From assembly GCA_025055755.1 (NCBI GenBank), contig JANWWF010000004.1, forward strand, positions 810 through 64,809: DNA of 64,000 nt. Direction: 5' to 3'. Origin of the DNA: Candidatus Kapaibacterium sp. (GTDB taxonomy: Bacteria; Bacteroidota; Ignavibacteria; Kapaibacteriales; NICIL-2). Of this stretch, positions 1 to 10,953 are shown one piece after another. The notes beneath the pieces were generated by a model. That model was not told the DNA's origin. It saw only the letters and a program-made list of their open reading frames with translations, and made no database searches. The translations under genes and the position numbers were made by a program. Numbering within the stretch: the stretch's first letter is position 1; every line of letters starts with the position of its first letter.

Positions 1-1333
1 GCTCCATCTGCTGCACAAGTGTGTGAAGACGTTCTGCATCTGGATTGTACCGGAGCAGCTGACGGAGATACTCCACAAGCGCTGCCATACGCTCCGCATC
101 ATCATTGCGATGGAACTGCTCAAACTCTTCAAGGAGAGCACGCGCAATACGCTCCAGCCAAGCACGTTGTTCGACACTAAGCTGAAATATTACCGCCGGA
201 TCAATATCATCGAGTTCGACGAAGACTTCCGAAAGCTGTTCAATATCGCTCCCAAAGTGCTCCGTTGCATAGTGGGCAACCTTATGGGCAAGTTCCCCGA
301 TTAGCCGATCGAGCACACCAATATCGTGGGCAAGCATAGAACGACGCGCCGTAGTACTTGCCAGTTGTAACTGATGCTCCAATTGGCGGCGACGCTCTTG
401 GAGCTCCAACAGTCGCCGCGCGTCTGGAGTACCAAGTTTCCGGGCGTAGTACTCGACCATTGCAGGGTCAGGAACAATGCGCTCGTGACCGATTTTTACC
501 GCGTGGAGACGAATGCTTGTCCCCATCTTCTCTCGCAATCGCTCGATATCTAAATGCGCTGCACCATCGGTGATCACCAGAATCTCTGCATCACTCAAGC
601 TCTGGTGCTGCTGAATATCTTCGATTGCAGTCTCGATTGCCTCCTGGAGATTAGTCCCACGCCCGTGCGCTTCGAGCAAGAGGAGCATGCGCAAAAGCTG
701 GCGATACGACGGCACATCCTCCGCACTGAGCCGTGCTCCCACATGTTCGGCAAAGGTTCGAAAGTAGATTGTTCCTAACTCCTGCAGATTCCGCTCCAGA
801 AACACGTAGGCAATCGCCTTTGCCAGCGCAATGCGCCACCGCGTATTCATTGAACGCGACACGTCAAACAGCACATACACCTTTTGCTTCCGCGGATCTG
901 GTGCAAAGGTGTCACTTGCTGTGGGAAAACGATACAGCCGCGGAGGCACAGGGCGCGGCAGCCAGAGCGACCGCTCCGCCAGCCGTTGGTAGAACACCTC
1001 TTCCGGCAAAAGAAACTGGTAGGGATAAATCAGAGGAAGTTCGTGAAAGTGGCGTATCAAATCTGCTTCGTATTCTTCCGCAGCAACCGTCGGCAGGGGC
1101 GGTGCTGTCTCTTGTTCTCTTTGGTCAGTGCGCGCAAGAAGCGGTGCAAGACGCTGCCCCAGTGCTGTCTGGCTGGATGCAATAACTCGCGCAATTGCAA
1201 ATACAACCCACAAATGCTCTGGCAAACGTGCTGCCAACTCGGTGCCGATAAGCCCTGCCAGCTCGAATTCTGCAAAAAGGGGCTCTTCTTCAATCAGTGC
1301 TCGCTGGCTGCGAAGGTGGTCCTCATGTGCCAT
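1..1333 (-). CDS. von Willebrand factor A (VWA) domain protein, partial (the 3' end runs off the window start). Not in the ORF track because there is no in-window stop. The N-terminus MAHEDHLRSQRALIEE starts at 1333.
   Basis: I translated the minus strand by hand: open from the ATG at 1331-1333 to position 1, more than 440 aa. MIDAS-like motif VYVLFDVSRSMN, later ILVITDGAAH. Its start sits one codon after the UspA stop. Confidence 0.6.
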   Translation of the reverse strand, partial: MAHEDHLRSQRALIEEEPLFAEFELAGLIGTELAARLPEHLWVVFAIARVIASSQTALGQRLAPLLARTDQREQETAPPLPTVAAEEYEADLIRHFHELPLIYPYQFLLPEEVFYQRLAERSLWLPRPVPPRLYRFPTASDTFAPDPRKQKVYVLFDVSRSMNTRWRIALAKAIAYVFLERNLQELGTIYFRTFAEHVGARLSAEDVPSYRQLLRMLLLLEAHGRGTNLQEAIETAIEDIQQHQSLSDAEILVITDGAAHLDIERLREKMGTSIRLHAVKIGHERIVPDPAMVEYYARKLGTPDARRLLELQERRRQLEHQLQLASTTARRSMLAHDIGVLDRLIGELAHKVAHYATEHFGSDIEQLSEVFVELDDIDPAVIFQLSVEQRAWLERIARALLEEFEQFHRNDDAERMAALVEYLRQLLRYNPDAERLHTLVQQME

Positions 1334-1336
1334 CGT

Positions 1337-1771
1337 CTATGGGGCATGAGGGACAACAATCACTGGCACGGAAGAATGCCGCAGAATGTACTCGGAAACA
1401 CTCCCTTCGACTAAGCGGGCAATCCCTTTACGTCCGTGCGTACCGACAACAATTGCATCAGCACCAACGTGGTCAGCAGCCCGCAGAATCTCGTGCTTTG
1501 GCTCTCCCTCGATGAGCATCGTGCGGAGTGGTACATCACCGACCTCCGCTTTGGCCTGTTCCAATGCCTGTTCAGCTTCCCTACGTACAACCATGCGTGC
1601 TTCTTCAATACCAATACCTGCGTCAATGTCACCGATGGCTTTCGTTCGATCAATGACACTGATTAAGACGATCTCTGCACCGAGCCGACGTGCAAGTTCC
1701 CCCGCTACTCGTGCTGCAGAAAGAGAAGGTAACGAGGTATCAACACCGACCGCAAGAATCCTCCATGGCAT
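1337..1771 (-). CDS. universal stress protein UspA family
   Basis: 144 aa. Motifs VGVDTS, IVVGTHGRKG and VSEYILRHSSVPVIVV are typical of the Usp fold. Confidence 0.8.
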   Translation of the reverse strand: MPWRILAVGVDTSLPSLSAARVAGELARRLGAEIVLISVIDRTKAIGDIDAGIGIEEARMVVRREAEQALEQAKAEVGDVPLRTMLIEGEPKHEILRAADHVGADAIVVGTHGRKGIARLVEGSVSEYILRHSSVPVIVVPHAP

Positions 1772-1789
1772 TGCTCCATCCTCCGATTG

Positions 1790-2161
1790 TTATCGTGTAA
1801 GGGCAAGTCCCGTCACTGTTGCAAGAAGCGCCAGCAAAGTCGTGCTCACGACGTACAACGCCAGCATTGCGTATTGTCCTGCCTCTATCATTTCTACTGC
1901 TTCGTACATCAGTGATGAATACGTGGTAAAACCGCCGCAAAAACCTGTCGCAAGGAGTAATCGCCATTCAAGCGATAGAAAGCCCAATCGTCCAGCTGCA
2001 CCCAAAATAAGCCCAATCAAAAAACACCCAGCAATGTTGACGGTAAAAGTTCCAAAGGGGAACCCTATCGGCAACCGTTGGGAAAACCACACTGCAACCA
2101 GATAGCGGGCAATGCTGCCAACCATGCCACCAACGCCAACCAGCAGGATATTCCGGAGCAT
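1790..2161 (-). CDS. crcB: fluoride ion channel CrcB/FluC
   Basis: 123 aa, four TM segments, GTFTVN and GGFTTYSS motifs of the CrcB family. Confidence 0.85.
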   Translation of the reverse strand: MLRNILLVGVGGMVGSIARYLVAVWFSQRLPIGFPFGTFTVNIAGCFLIGLILGAAGRLGFLSLEWRLLLATGFCGGFTTYSSLMYEAVEMIEAGQYAMLALYVVSTTLLALLATVTGLALTR

Positions 2162-2245
2162 TAGACTGACACACTATGCAACCACGCTAAAAAAATACGG
2201 CGCATCTCCTTGCATCTGTACCAGCACGTCGGCAAGACAGTGACG

Positions 2246-2578
2246 CTACAATCGCGTGATGCGCGTAATCAGGCAATCCATGTTGTCAACAATTATGCTG
2301 TCGCCAGGACAAATAAACGTCTTGGTAAAACGAATCTGAGAAGTGCTCAACACAATACATCCCGCCACCTGAATTACTGCGTAGGCTCTACTGCCAACAT
2401 ACAGCACGATTGTGCGTGAGTCGAGATATTTCCACCCGCTTACGCCAATTACGTCCACACAGGTAGCCCACAGTGTGCCGCTGCTCGCGAGCAATGCAAC
2501 ACCAAGGAGAAGGATTCGAGCAAGCCGGACCATAGTACACTCCATTGAAGGTGAAACATCCCAGCTCCGACGAGCCAT
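2246..2578 (-). CDS. hypothetical membrane protein, possibly a short NfeD-like OB-fold protein
   Basis: N-terminal hydrophobic segment followed by a beta-rich region (VDVIGVSGW ... IVLYVGSRAYAVIQVAG), loosely like short NfeD homologs. Weak assignment. Confidence 0.3.
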   Translation of the reverse strand: MARRSWDVSPSMECTMVRLARILLLGVALLASSGTLWATCVDVIGVSGWKYLDSRTIVLYVGSRAYAVIQVAGCIVLSTSQIRFTKTFICPGDSIIVDNMDCLITRITRL

Positions 2579-2672
2579 TCAAGAAACAACAGGAGAATGC
2601 ACTTAGTGCACGTGGCGGGCGAAAAAGAAGGTTCTTTTCTCTCCCCAGCAGTGGAAAGGGATCTCCTTCTGC

Positions 2673-3356
2673 CTATGAAATGGGACGGTCGCTCGAGGGC
2701 GGAGAAAAGTCTGCTGCATGAACGGGGATGCTGATTATTTCGAGGACGGTCCCCTCTGCATCAAGTCGAAGTGCACTCAGCTTGTGCCCTCGCCGCGCAT
2801 TGGTATCAATACGCCAGCAGTGTTCCAGACGGCTATATGTTGGCTCCTCGACAGGGACATGCCCGACGACTTGCAGTTTGCCAATGTGCTGGAGTGGTCC
2901 GCGGTACCACACTACCCCCGCTGGATTGCGAGGATTGTAGGGATCATCGGTTGGACCAACACCAGCATGAGAGATAAACACTGCATTGTTTTCCCAGAAC
3001 AGAGGCATTGTGTTGAACCACTCTACATCGTTTGCCAGTGAAAACCCACGGCGTGCGTATGCATGGAGCATCTGGCTTCCCCCCTGGCGAAGCCATTGGT
3101 TTGGCATTTGTCGCTCAAAGTATTCGACGACCTGCTGCTCGTGGTTGCCACGTAAAAACACTACCTGCCCCGGATATTGCTGTTCCAGCCGGCGAGCCAG
3201 TGCCACAACCTCCGGAGAGTAATTCCCACCGACGACAAGATCCCCCACCTGCACAAGCATCTCGCGCTCGGTGTTCCACCGCTTGAGGACATCTACAAAC
3301 GTATGCAGACATCCATGCACGTCACCAACAACGAATATGCCTGTTCCCATTGCCAT
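2673..3356 (-). CDS. metallophosphoesterase (PPP-family Ser/Thr phosphatase or ApaH-like)
   Basis: GDVHG, GDLVVGG and GNHE motifs in the correct order for calcineurin-like phosphoesterases. Confidence 0.75.
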   Translation of the reverse strand: MAMGTGIFVVGDVHGCLHTFVDVLKRWNTEREMLVQVGDLVVGGNYSPEVVALARRLEQQYPGQVVFLRGNHEQQVVEYFERQMPNQWLRQGGSQMLHAYARRGFSLANDVEWFNTMPLFWENNAVFISHAGVGPTDDPYNPRNPAGVVWYRGPLQHIGKLQVVGHVPVEEPTYSRLEHCWRIDTNARRGHKLSALRLDAEGTVLEIISIPVHAADFSPPSSDRPIS

Positions 3357-3406
3357 CAGGAGCTACGGCATAAGAAGATATTCCTCTGGTCATCACCAGC
3401 CAAGAC

Positions 3407-4873
3407 TCAATATGCACAAGCAAATAGCACACGTCGGTGCGATGGTTTACCGGTCAGAACACACCGTCCCGCTTCAGCAGGACTATCGAGCGGAATACAG
3501 CGGATGGTTGCCTTAGTCAGTTCTTTGATGCGTGCTTCTGTTTCCGCTGTTCCATCCCAATGCGCAAGGATAAATCCTCCCCGCTCCTCGATGATGCGTT
3601 GAAAATCGTCGAAGCTGTCCACCACATGCGTGTTCTCGCGAACAAAGCGTCGTGCCCGTTGCAAGAGATTGTGCTGAATTTCCTCCAGCAGTGCTTGCAC
3701 GTGTTCGACGATTGTTTCCCGTCGAATAGTGACCTTTTCCTTCGTATCGCGGCGTGCAACCTCGACAGTTCCTTGCTCGACATCACGCCTACCGATCGCA
3801 ATGCGAATGGGAATCCCGCGTAACTCGTACTCGGCAAACTTAAATCCCGCACGCTTGGTATCATCCGTATCGACGTGGACGCGGACACCTGCCGTCTGCA
3901 GCTTCTCGGCAATTTCCCGCGCTACGCTCATCTGGGGCTCTTCCACTGTTGGGATAGTGACAAACACGACCTGAATAGGTGCCAGCCGTGGCGGCAGCAC
4001 TAAGCCATCATCGTCGGAGTGTGTCATGACAAGTGCCCCAATGAGGCGCGTCGAAACACCCCAGGACGTTGCCCACACGTACTGGCGTTGATTGTTTCGA
4101 TCGAGGAACGTCACATCAAATGCCTTTGCGAAATTTTGTCCAAGAAAATGAGACGTCCCTGCCTGGAGCGCTTTGCCATCTTGCATAAGGGCTTCAATGC
4201 AGTAGGTTTCCTCTGCACCGGCAAAACGTTCCGATGGCGTCTTGATGCCTCGCACAACGGGCATCGCCATGTACTCTTCGGCAAAGCGTGCGTAGATGTC
4301 AAGCATGCGCTCAGCTTCGGCAATCGCTTCTTCCCGTGTTGCATGAGCAGTGTGCCCTTCTTGCCAGAGGAATTCTGCTGTGCGTAAAAATGGGCGAGTG
4401 CGCATCTCCCACCGAACAACATTTGCCCACTGGTTGATGAGGAGCGGAAGATCGCGGTAGCTTTGAATCCAATCCCGATAGGTATGCCAAATGATTGTCT
4501 CCGACGTTGGGCGGACAATAAGCTCTTCTTCCAGCTTGGCATCGGGATCGACAACAACACCACTTCCATCCTCGGCAAGCTTGAGCCGGTGGTGTGTCAC
4601 GACTGCACATTCTTTTGCAAAACCTTCGACATGCTGCGCTTCGCGGCTAAGGAAGCTTTTGGGAATAAACAGAGGGAAGTATGCATTGACATGCCCTGTT
4701 TCCTTGAACATGCGGTCGAGAACTGCACGCATATTTTCCCACAGCGCATATCCTAAGGGCTTGATAATCATGCACCCGCGAACTGCAGAATAGTCGGCAA
4801 GCCCACTGTGAATGACCAAATCATTGTACCACTGCGCATAATCTACATGCCGGGGAGTAATCACCTTTGCCAT
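3407..4873 (-). CDS. proS: prolyl-tRNA synthetase, archaeal/eukaryotic-type class II
   Basis: Begins [19 protein letters not shown]. Class II aaRS motifs follow and the C-terminus is ProRS type 3-like. The ORF track begins 56 codons upstream, but the true start is probably the ATG at 4871-4873. Confidence 0.9.
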   Translation of the reverse strand: MAKVITPRHVDYAQWYNDLVIHSGLADYSAVRGCMIIKPLGYALWENMRAVLDRMFKETGHVNAYFPLFIPKSFLSREAQHVEGFAKECAVVTHHRLKLAEDGSGVVVDPDAKLEEELIVRPTSETIIWHTYRDWIQSYRDLPLLINQWANVVRWEMRTRPFLRTAEFLWQEGHTAHATREEAIAEAERMLDIYARFAEEYMAMPVVRGIKTPSERFAGAEETYCIEALMQDGKALQAGTSHFLGQNFAKAFDVTFLDRNNQRQYVWATSWGVSTRLIGALVMTHSDDDGLVLPPRLAPIQVVFVTIPTVEEPQMSVAREIAEKLQTAGVRVHVDTDDTKRAGFKFAEYELRGIPIRIAIGRRDVEQGTVEVARRDTKEKVTIRRETIVEHVQALLEEIQHNLLQRARRFVRENTHVVDSFDDFQRIIEERGGFILAHWDGTAETEARIKELTKATIRCIPLDSPAEAGRCVLTGKPSHRRVLFACAY

Positions 4874-4913
4874 GGTGCCAAAGCGTGTGCAAATGAAAAC
4901 ACAAAACACAAAA

Positions 4914-5897
4914 CTACTGCCGCAGGACCAGCAGTCGGATGCCGGCGCGGCGGAATGCCTCGACACAGGCACGCACTGCTGCCGTGCGGACTTCGAACAT
5001 CGCTTGCACATTGTGAGCAGAAACCCACACGTGCATCGCAACTCCTAACGAAGTTGTCTCTGCATAGCGCACCAATGGAGGTGGGTTGTCGATCAATCCC
5101 TCGACCTTCCCTGATGCAATCAGCTCCGCCAGTGCTTCCTGCACAATAGTTTCTGCCTGTTCGACCCCCTCACTGGGTTCGAGTAAGAACTCTAGCCGCA
5201 CGCGAATTGGTGACTCATCCGCACGGAAGACGGTCAGCACTGAACTGCTCATGCGCTGGTTTGGTACGATCAACACCGCATTGGTTGCTCGGCGGAGTAT
5301 TGTCGTTCGCCAGGTGATGTCTTCGATTGTGCCATCGAAGCCGTCGAATTGGACGTAGTCTCCCACTTTGAACTTGCCCGTCAGCAGGATGTACAATCCC
5401 GCAAAAAAGTTTGCCAACGTCTCCTGCAATGCCAAACCGATAATCAAACTGCCTGCACCGAGGGCTGCTACCATGCCGGTGATATTGACCCCCACTGCAT
5501 CGAGAATGATGATAGCAGCAAGCACATACACGATGGCAGCAACGATGGTTTGAACAAACGAGGCAGCCAGCGTTGCTGCCCCTTCTTTCCCAACATTCCC
5601 GCTGATAAGTTCACGCGCCAGTCGGACCGCCACTATAGCACTGACCACCGCAAGCACAGCAGTGGTCAGAGCCTGCTGCCACTTTGGCGGCAGAATTGAT
5701 ATGTCAACAAGCGGCGCAAGGGCTATCGCTGCTCCAGCAGCACCATACATCAGCGCAGCTCGCTCAAGGACGCGGAGAATGCGGGGTGCCAGCCGACCAG
5801 TGCGACGTTCTACAGCTCGGCGAACTGCCGCCAGCACTTGCCATACCACTGCTCCCAGCGCTAATGCTATGGCTGCGTTGACAAGATGTACCATCAT
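4914..5897 (-). CDS. mechanosensitive ion channel, MscS family
   Basis: TM helices followed by the MscS beta-domain signature ([24 protein letters not shown]). Confidence 0.8.
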   Translation of the reverse strand: MMVHLVNAAIALALGAVVWQVLAAVRRAVERRTGRLAPRILRVLERAALMYGAAGAAIALAPLVDISILPPKWQQALTTAVLAVVSAIVAVRLARELISGNVGKEGAATLAASFVQTIVAAIVYVLAAIIILDAVGVNITGMVAALGAGSLIIGLALQETLANFFAGLYILLTGKFKVGDYVQFDGFDGTIEDITWRTTILRRATNAVLIVPNQRMSSSVLTVFRADESPIRVRLEFLLEPSEGVEQAETIVQEALAELIASGKVEGLIDNPPPLVRYAETTSLGVAMHVWVSAHNVQAMFEVRTAAVRACVEAFRRAGIRLLVLRQ

Positions 5898-6607
5898 GAC
5901 TCAGGGGCAGAGGAACGAGGTGGAGACTGATCCGTATCTGGGCGAGCTGTAAGCTGCTCGAAAAGCTCCAACAGGCGCCGCATGCCGCCTGCAGGAAGGG
6001 TATCCATCTGTTGAGCAAAGTCTTCTGCACGCCGACGGAACAGTTCGTCTATCTCGCGGGGCTTGGGTAAATCATCCAGCGATGCTAACCCAAACGTGCG
6101 TAAGAATTCATCGGTCGTCTCGTAGAGCAATGGCTTACCGAGCGTTGGGCTCCTACCCGCAATGCGAAGGAGTCCCCGTTCGAGCAAGGTAGCAAGCGCC
6201 TCGCTGGAGTTAACTCCTCGAATAGCATCAATTTCACTTTTGGTAACTGGCTGCTTGTAAGCAACGATGGCAAGCACTTCGAGCGCAGCCCGGGAAAGAC
6301 GTCGCTGCTCCTTGCGTTGGAGATATTCGGCCACCAATGCTCCGTATTCAGGCAAGGTAGCAAACTGCCAGCCTCCCGCTACAGCAACAATTCGGTAGGG
6401 GCGATCGGTAGCTTCCAGCTCCGCATTGATGTCCGCAATACGCTGGTGCACGATTGCTGCAAGTTCGGCTTCATCGGAGCAGTGAAAAAGGGAGCCCAGT
6501 TGTGCCAGCGTCACAGGCTGGTCGCTGGCGAAAATCAGTGTTTCGAGAATCCGGCATTGTCGCTGCCGGGACAGCTCTAAAAATGGTAGGTCGAAGGGCA
6601 AATTCAT
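5894..6607 (-). CDS. scpB: segregation and condensation protein B
   Basis: ScpB winged-helix repeats (LEVLAIVAYKQPVTKSEIDAIRG). Overlaps scpA by 4 nt. Confidence 0.8.
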   Translation of the reverse strand: MNLPFDLPFLELSRQRQCRILETLIFASDQPVTLAQLGSLFHCSDEAELAAIVHQRIADINAELEATDRPYRIVAVAGGWQFATLPEYGALVAEYLQRKEQRRLSRAALEVLAIVAYKQPVTKSEIDAIRGVNSSEALATLLERGLLRIAGRSPTLGKPLLYETTDEFLRTFGLASLDDLPKPREIDELFRRRAEDFAQQMDTLPAGGMRRLLELFEQLTARPDTDQSPPRSSAPES

Positions 6608-7341
6608 AGAACCGATGCTTCCGCTGATTGTGCTACTGTAGTTGCTTCGACGATAATATCACCGTCACTTCCCTGCCGCAGCCGCACCACGCCATTTTTG
6701 CACAGCTCCAGCATTGCTAGAAATGTCGCAACTACATAGGCACGCGAGCGCTGGCGCGTAAAGGCTGCAAAGGACAGAAACGGCTGTTCTGCCAGGGCTG
6801 CAACAAGAGCAGCAGCCTGTTCTTCCACACTGTACTGTTCACGAGTGAGCTGGTGAAAAACCTGCTGCTGTTGACCGCTGCGCCGTAGCGCATCGTACAA
6901 TGCGCTAAGCAAATCAAAAAGCGTAGCATTACGGTACTCTATCTGGGCTGGTGGCGGTTGGGCAGCTAACATGCTGCGGTAGAAGACATACCGTTGTTGC
7001 TCATAGCGGCTGCCCAATTCGTCCGCGACGTCGCGATAGCGGCTATACTCGATAAGCTGATGCACCAGTTCGGTGCGGGGATCTTCGGCTGGTGCTGGAG
7101 TGTCTTCACTTTGCGGACGGGGCAAGAGCATACGCGCTTTGATTTGGAGAAGTGTTGCTGCCATGACAAGAAATTCCCCCGCCAGCTCCAAATCGAGAAG
7201 CTCCATTAAGCGCACGTATGCGAGAAATTCCTCGGTGATACGTGCGATGGGAATATCGTAAATGTCCAACTCGTCCCGACGGACAAAGTAGAGCAATAGC
7301 TCGAGCGGACCTTCAAAGTTCGGTAGCCGAACTGTGTACAT
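6604..7341 (-). CDS. scpA: segregation and condensation protein A
   Basis: ScpA kleisin N-terminus (GPLELLLYFVRRDELDIYDIPIARITEEF). Operon with scpB. Confidence 0.8.
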   Translation of the reverse strand: MYTVRLPNFEGPLELLLYFVRRDELDIYDIPIARITEEFLAYVRLMELLDLELAGEFLVMAATLLQIKARMLLPRPQSEDTPAPAEDPRTELVHQLIEYSRYRDVADELGSRYEQQRYVFYRSMLAAQPPPAQIEYRNATLFDLLSALYDALRRSGQQQQVFHQLTREQYSVEEQAAALVAALAEQPFLSFAAFTRQRSRAYVVATFLAMLELCKNGVVRLRQGSDGDIIVEATTVAQSAEASVL

Positions 7342-7465
7342 CTATGAAGTCTCTTCGCTACTTTCGAACGCAGCAAATATACTTGCCACAGGTGAGCGTG
7401 TTTTCATGCTCTGTTCATCGAAAGTGTCGCAATTTTGTGCGTGCTATTGTTGCCCTTTGCCTATC

Positions 7466-8605
7466 CCGATGCAGCACCGAGCTTCGACGGAGCGACTTGC
7501 CGAATTGGACGCCGCTAAGTTTCTTGCCATGGTGGCAATGGTCACCGGGCACGTGCTCGATGCCCTGGTGCGAAGCGACCAATTAGACATAAACCGCTTT
7601 CCATGGTCGCTTTGGCATTGGTGGCGCGGGATCACCGCCCCGATATTTCTGACCATCTCGGGAATCTTGTTTGCCCTGACAATGCAGAGAAACAAGCAAG
7701 GTGTCATCGAAGCGGGCATCCTACGGCGGCGTGTTCTCCGAGCTGCGCAGTTGCTTGCTATTGGCTATCTGCTGGTTTTCCCGGCTAACCGCATTTTCGA
7801 TTTACCGTTTGTCGAAGATCAAGTCCTGCAAGCGTTTTTCCAAGTAAACATTCTCCAGTTGGTAGCGGTAAGTTTGCTTCTTTTGGTCGTGATCGCCCTG
7901 CTTTTCCCAAATCCTGGGGCATTTCGCTACGCTACACTGGGAACAGGCATCGGCATAAGTCTTCTGACGCCTTTTGTGCACAGCATCCCGTGGTACGAGC
8001 AGATTCCCGCTCCCCTTGCTGCTTACGTCAGCTATGAGGGCGGTTCACTGTTCCCCATTTTTCCGTTCTCTGCTTACATGGCGCTTGGTGCCTGGATAGG
8101 AACTCTCTTGGTAGATGTGAAAACCAGCCGCGTCGTGTGGCTACGCCGATTCTGCTTTGCTGCAGGCGGAGCGTTAGTCGTGGGTGGAGCCGCAATGAGC
8201 CTCCTCCTTTCTCTGCCCCAAGTGGACCTCTACCGATACACGCCGATGGGAGTGGCAATTCGCCAGGGTACTGCTCTTCTTTTCATTGGGGGAGTTTCGT
8301 TGCTGATGCCTTTGCTCCGGAGTGTCCAGTCCTTGCTGGCACTTTTCGGCAAGCAGGCACTGACGATATACGTTCTCCACCTGGTGCTGCTTTTTGGCAC
8401 TCCCTGGTTTTCCAGTATCGGGCGATGGTATCCGAAAGCCTTGTCGCTGGAAGAAGGCATCGCAGCAGCGGGAGTAATTCTTGGGATCACGCTGGGAAGT
8501 GTACTTGCGTACCAGTGGATCCGCCCCCTTCTGGTGCGTCCCCCTGTGCTTCGCCTGGTACGGATTGGAGTCGCTGGTGCTATTGCCTACCTCCTGCTGG
8601 CGTAG
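7466..8605 (+). CDS. polytopic membrane protein, acyltransferase-3 / DUF1624-like
   Basis: At least 9 predicted TM helices. N-terminal RLAELDAAKFLAMVAMVTGH resembles the DUF1624/OpgC acyltransferase start. Start codon uncertain (the ORF is open from 7334). Confidence 0.45.
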   Translation, partial: PMQHRASTERLAELDAAKFLAMVAMVTGHVLDALVRSDQLDINRFPWSLWHWWRGITAPIFLTISGILFALTMQRNKQGVIEAGILRRRVLRAAQLLAIGYLLVFPANRIFDLPFVEDQVLQAFFQVNILQLVAVSLLLLVVIALLFPNPGAFRYATLGTGIGISLLTPFVHSIPWYEQIPAPLAAYVSYEGGSLFPIFPFSAYMALGAWIGTLLVDVKTSRVVWLRRFCFAAGGALVVGGAAMSLLLSLPQVDLYRYTPMGVAIRQGTALLFIGGVSLLMPLLRSVQSLLALFGKQALTIYVLHLVLLFGTPWFSSIGRWYPKALSLEEGIAAAGVILGITLGSVLAYQWIRPLLVRPPVLRLVRIGVAGAIAYLLLA

Positions 8606-8679
8606 AACACTACACAAAAAATCCTGCAATACCTAACTTCGTAGTGCAGCTTTTTTCACTGCTCCATGCGTAGCGCTTA

Positions 8680-9489
8680 ATGGACTCTCCGATCCGCATC
8701 CTTTTCATCGGCGACATTGTGGGCACTCCCACGTTGGAACGTTTGTGTGGCATGCTTGGGACACTCCGCACACAGTACGCCGCAGACCTTATCATCGCAA
8801 ATGCTGAAAATGTCTGCGATGGAAAAGGTCCGGGCAAAGCGGAAGCCGAGCAACTTTTTGCAGCAGGCGTAGATGTTATCACCACGGGCAACCACGTGTG
8901 GGAGAACTGGAAATCACGTCCGTTACTGGCGAGCAATCCGCGTGTGCTCCGTCCGCAGAATTATCCAGCGGGGAATCCAGGCAGTGGCGTTGTCATCGTG
9001 GAAACGCCGAAGGGGCCAGTTGGTGTGTTGCAAGTGCAAGGACGCGTGTATATGCCACCGATTGATTGCCCCTTCCGCACTGCTCAACGTGCTGTTGAAC
9101 AGTTACGCACGCGCACTTTGGTAATTGTGGTGGACTTCCATGCCGAAGCAACAGCAGAAAAAATTGCGCTGGCACGATATCTCGACGGGAGTGTGACAGC
9201 AGTGCTCGGTACACATACGCACGTGCAGACCAACGACGCCCGCATTCTCCCTAATGGCACGGCATTTGTGACAGATGTCGGTATGAGTGGCGCGTTCAAT
9301 TCGGTCATCGGCATGGCTACCGAGGTAGCGCTCCGCCGGTTTCTCTACCAAACCGCCCATAAGTTCGAGTTGGCAAGCGGAGACTGGCGAATTAGTGGTG
9401 CTGTCGTCACCGCTGATCCTTCGACGGGCAAAGCGCTCACCATCGAGACATTTTGCCTGCCGTGCCCAGAGCCGACAAGCACCGTGTAA
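8680..9489 (+). CDS. ymdB: YmdB-like metallophosphoesterase (TIGR00282 family)
   Basis: ILFIGDIVG, GNHVWE, DFHAEATAEK and GTHTHVQTND motifs. Confidence 0.8.
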   Translation: MDSPIRILFIGDIVGTPTLERLCGMLGTLRTQYAADLIIANAENVCDGKGPGKAEAEQLFAAGVDVITTGNHVWENWKSRPLLASNPRVLRPQNYPAGNPGSGVVIVETPKGPVGVLQVQGRVYMPPIDCPFRTAQRAVEQLRTRTLVIVVDFHAEATAEKIALARYLDGSVTAVLGTHTHVQTNDARILPNGTAFVTDVGMSGAFNSVIGMATEVALRRFLYQTAHKFELASGDWRISGAVVTADPSTGKALTIETFCLPCPEPTSTV

Positions 9490-9588
9490 GTACTGCATTT
9501 CTGTAGTCGCGTTGGTAGTACTGTCGCACGGGTGATCGGACTGACGCCCTTTCCCCTAAACACACCATTTACTGCAGGAGGCACTGCA

Positions 9589-10836
9589 ATGAAAACAGCG
9601 CTCATCACCGGCATCACAGGGCAGGATGGATCGTACCTGACAGAATTTCTCCTTGCGCAAGGGTACACGGTGCACGGTATAATCCGCCGTTCGAGTGTCT
9701 TCAACACTAACCGCATTGACCACGTGTACAAAGACCCAAACGTGGTCAACGGAGAAGCACAATTGTTTCTCCACTACGGTGACCTCAGCGATCCTGGACT
9801 ATTAACTGAACTCATCTACAACATACGCCCTGACGAAGTGTACCATCTTGGGGCGCAAAGCCATGTACGCGTTTCCTTCGACATGCCCGAATACACGGGC
9901 AACATTACCGCCCTCGGCACAACACGACTACTGGAAGCAATACGGCGGAGTGGAATTCGCCCACGCTTTTACCAAGCCTCTTCCAGCGAAATGTTTGGTG
10001 CCGCGCCCCCTCCCCAGAATGAACATACTCCCTTTGCACCGCAAAGTCCTTACGCCATCGCAAAACTCTATGCCTACTGGATGACGTGCAACTATCGGGA
10101 TGCATACGGACTGTTCGCATGTAATGGCATTCTTTTCAACCACGAATCCCCACGTCGAGGAGAGACGTTTTTGACCCGCAAAGTCACCCGTGCTCTTGCA
10201 TTCATGCTGAGTGGTAAGCAGCGGACAGTGTACCTGGGCAATCTCGATGCACGGCGTGACTGGGGCTACGCGCCTGAATACGTGCAAATGATGTGGCTGA
10301 TGCTTCAACAAGATCGCCCCGATGATTATGTCGTCGGCACTGGAGAAACGCATAGTGTCCGTGAATTTGTCGAAGAGGCGTTTTCCTACGTAGGCATTGA
10401 GCTGGAATGGCGTGGCGAGCGATGCAATCAGCAAGGTATCGTCGCCAGCGTTGCCGAGCGGTGGGATCATGTCCTCCGCCCAGGGGATGTTGTCGTTCAG
10501 GTTCTCCCGAAGTACTTCCGACCAACCGAAGTTGATGTGCTACAGGCGGATATTACCAAAGCTCGCCAACAGCTTGGTTGGGAGCCGCAAGTCCACTATC
10601 GCGACTTAGTGCGTATTATGGTGGACTACGATCTGCTCTTTGAAGGTATCGAGCCGCCCGGTGAAGGCATCGCTATCGAACAACAGCTCGGCTATACATG
10701 GATTCAGCAGCCACCATACAACGTCACCGGTGGATTGGATTCTTACCAGCGGCTTCCCATCAAGACAGAGCGGCGGCTGGTCCAGACCGTTGCCGAACTG
10801 CTTGCTCATGTCGAACAGGAGGAACACGATCTTTGA
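9589..10836 (+). CDS. gmd: GDP-mannose 4,6-dehydratase with roughly 60-aa C-terminal extension
   Basis: [22 protein letters not shown] Rossmann start, catalytic YAIAK, typical Gmd core. The extra tail lies after the conserved end. Confidence 0.85.
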   Translation: MKTALITGITGQDGSYLTEFLLAQGYTVHGIIRRSSVFNTNRIDHVYKDPNVVNGEAQLFLHYGDLSDPGLLTELIYNIRPDEVYHLGAQSHVRVSFDMPEYTGNITALGTTRLLEAIRRSGIRPRFYQASSSEMFGAAPPPQNEHTPFAPQSPYAIAKLYAYWMTCNYRDAYGLFACNGILFNHESPRRGETFLTRKVTRALAFMLSGKQRTVYLGNLDARRDWGYAPEYVQMMWLMLQQDRPDDYVVGTGETHSVREFVEEAFSYVGIELEWRGERCNQQGIVASVAERWDHVLRPGDVVVQVLPKYFRPTEVDVLQADITKARQQLGWEPQVHYRDLVRIMVDYDLLFEGIEPPGEGIAIEQQLGYTWIQQPPYNVTGGLDSYQRLPIKTERRLVQTVAELLAHVEQEEHDL

Positions 10837-10953
10837 CGCATACCATCTTGCGCAGACCGCGTGCTTTTTCTGAGCAGTGGCGCTCAACAACCATTTTTGG
10901 TGCACAAAGGGAGCTAATTTTGTCGTAGCATAGTTTCCCACCCGGAGCTTTCC

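Noticed and set aside
1386-2105. 239-aa plus-strand ORF
   Set aside because: Antisense to uspA and crcB. Compositionally biased, no motifs.
2162-2245. Candidate fluoride riboswitch upstream of crcB
   Set aside because: Conserved crcB-motif elements not found by eye on the correct strand. Reported instead as an absence worth checking with a covariance model.
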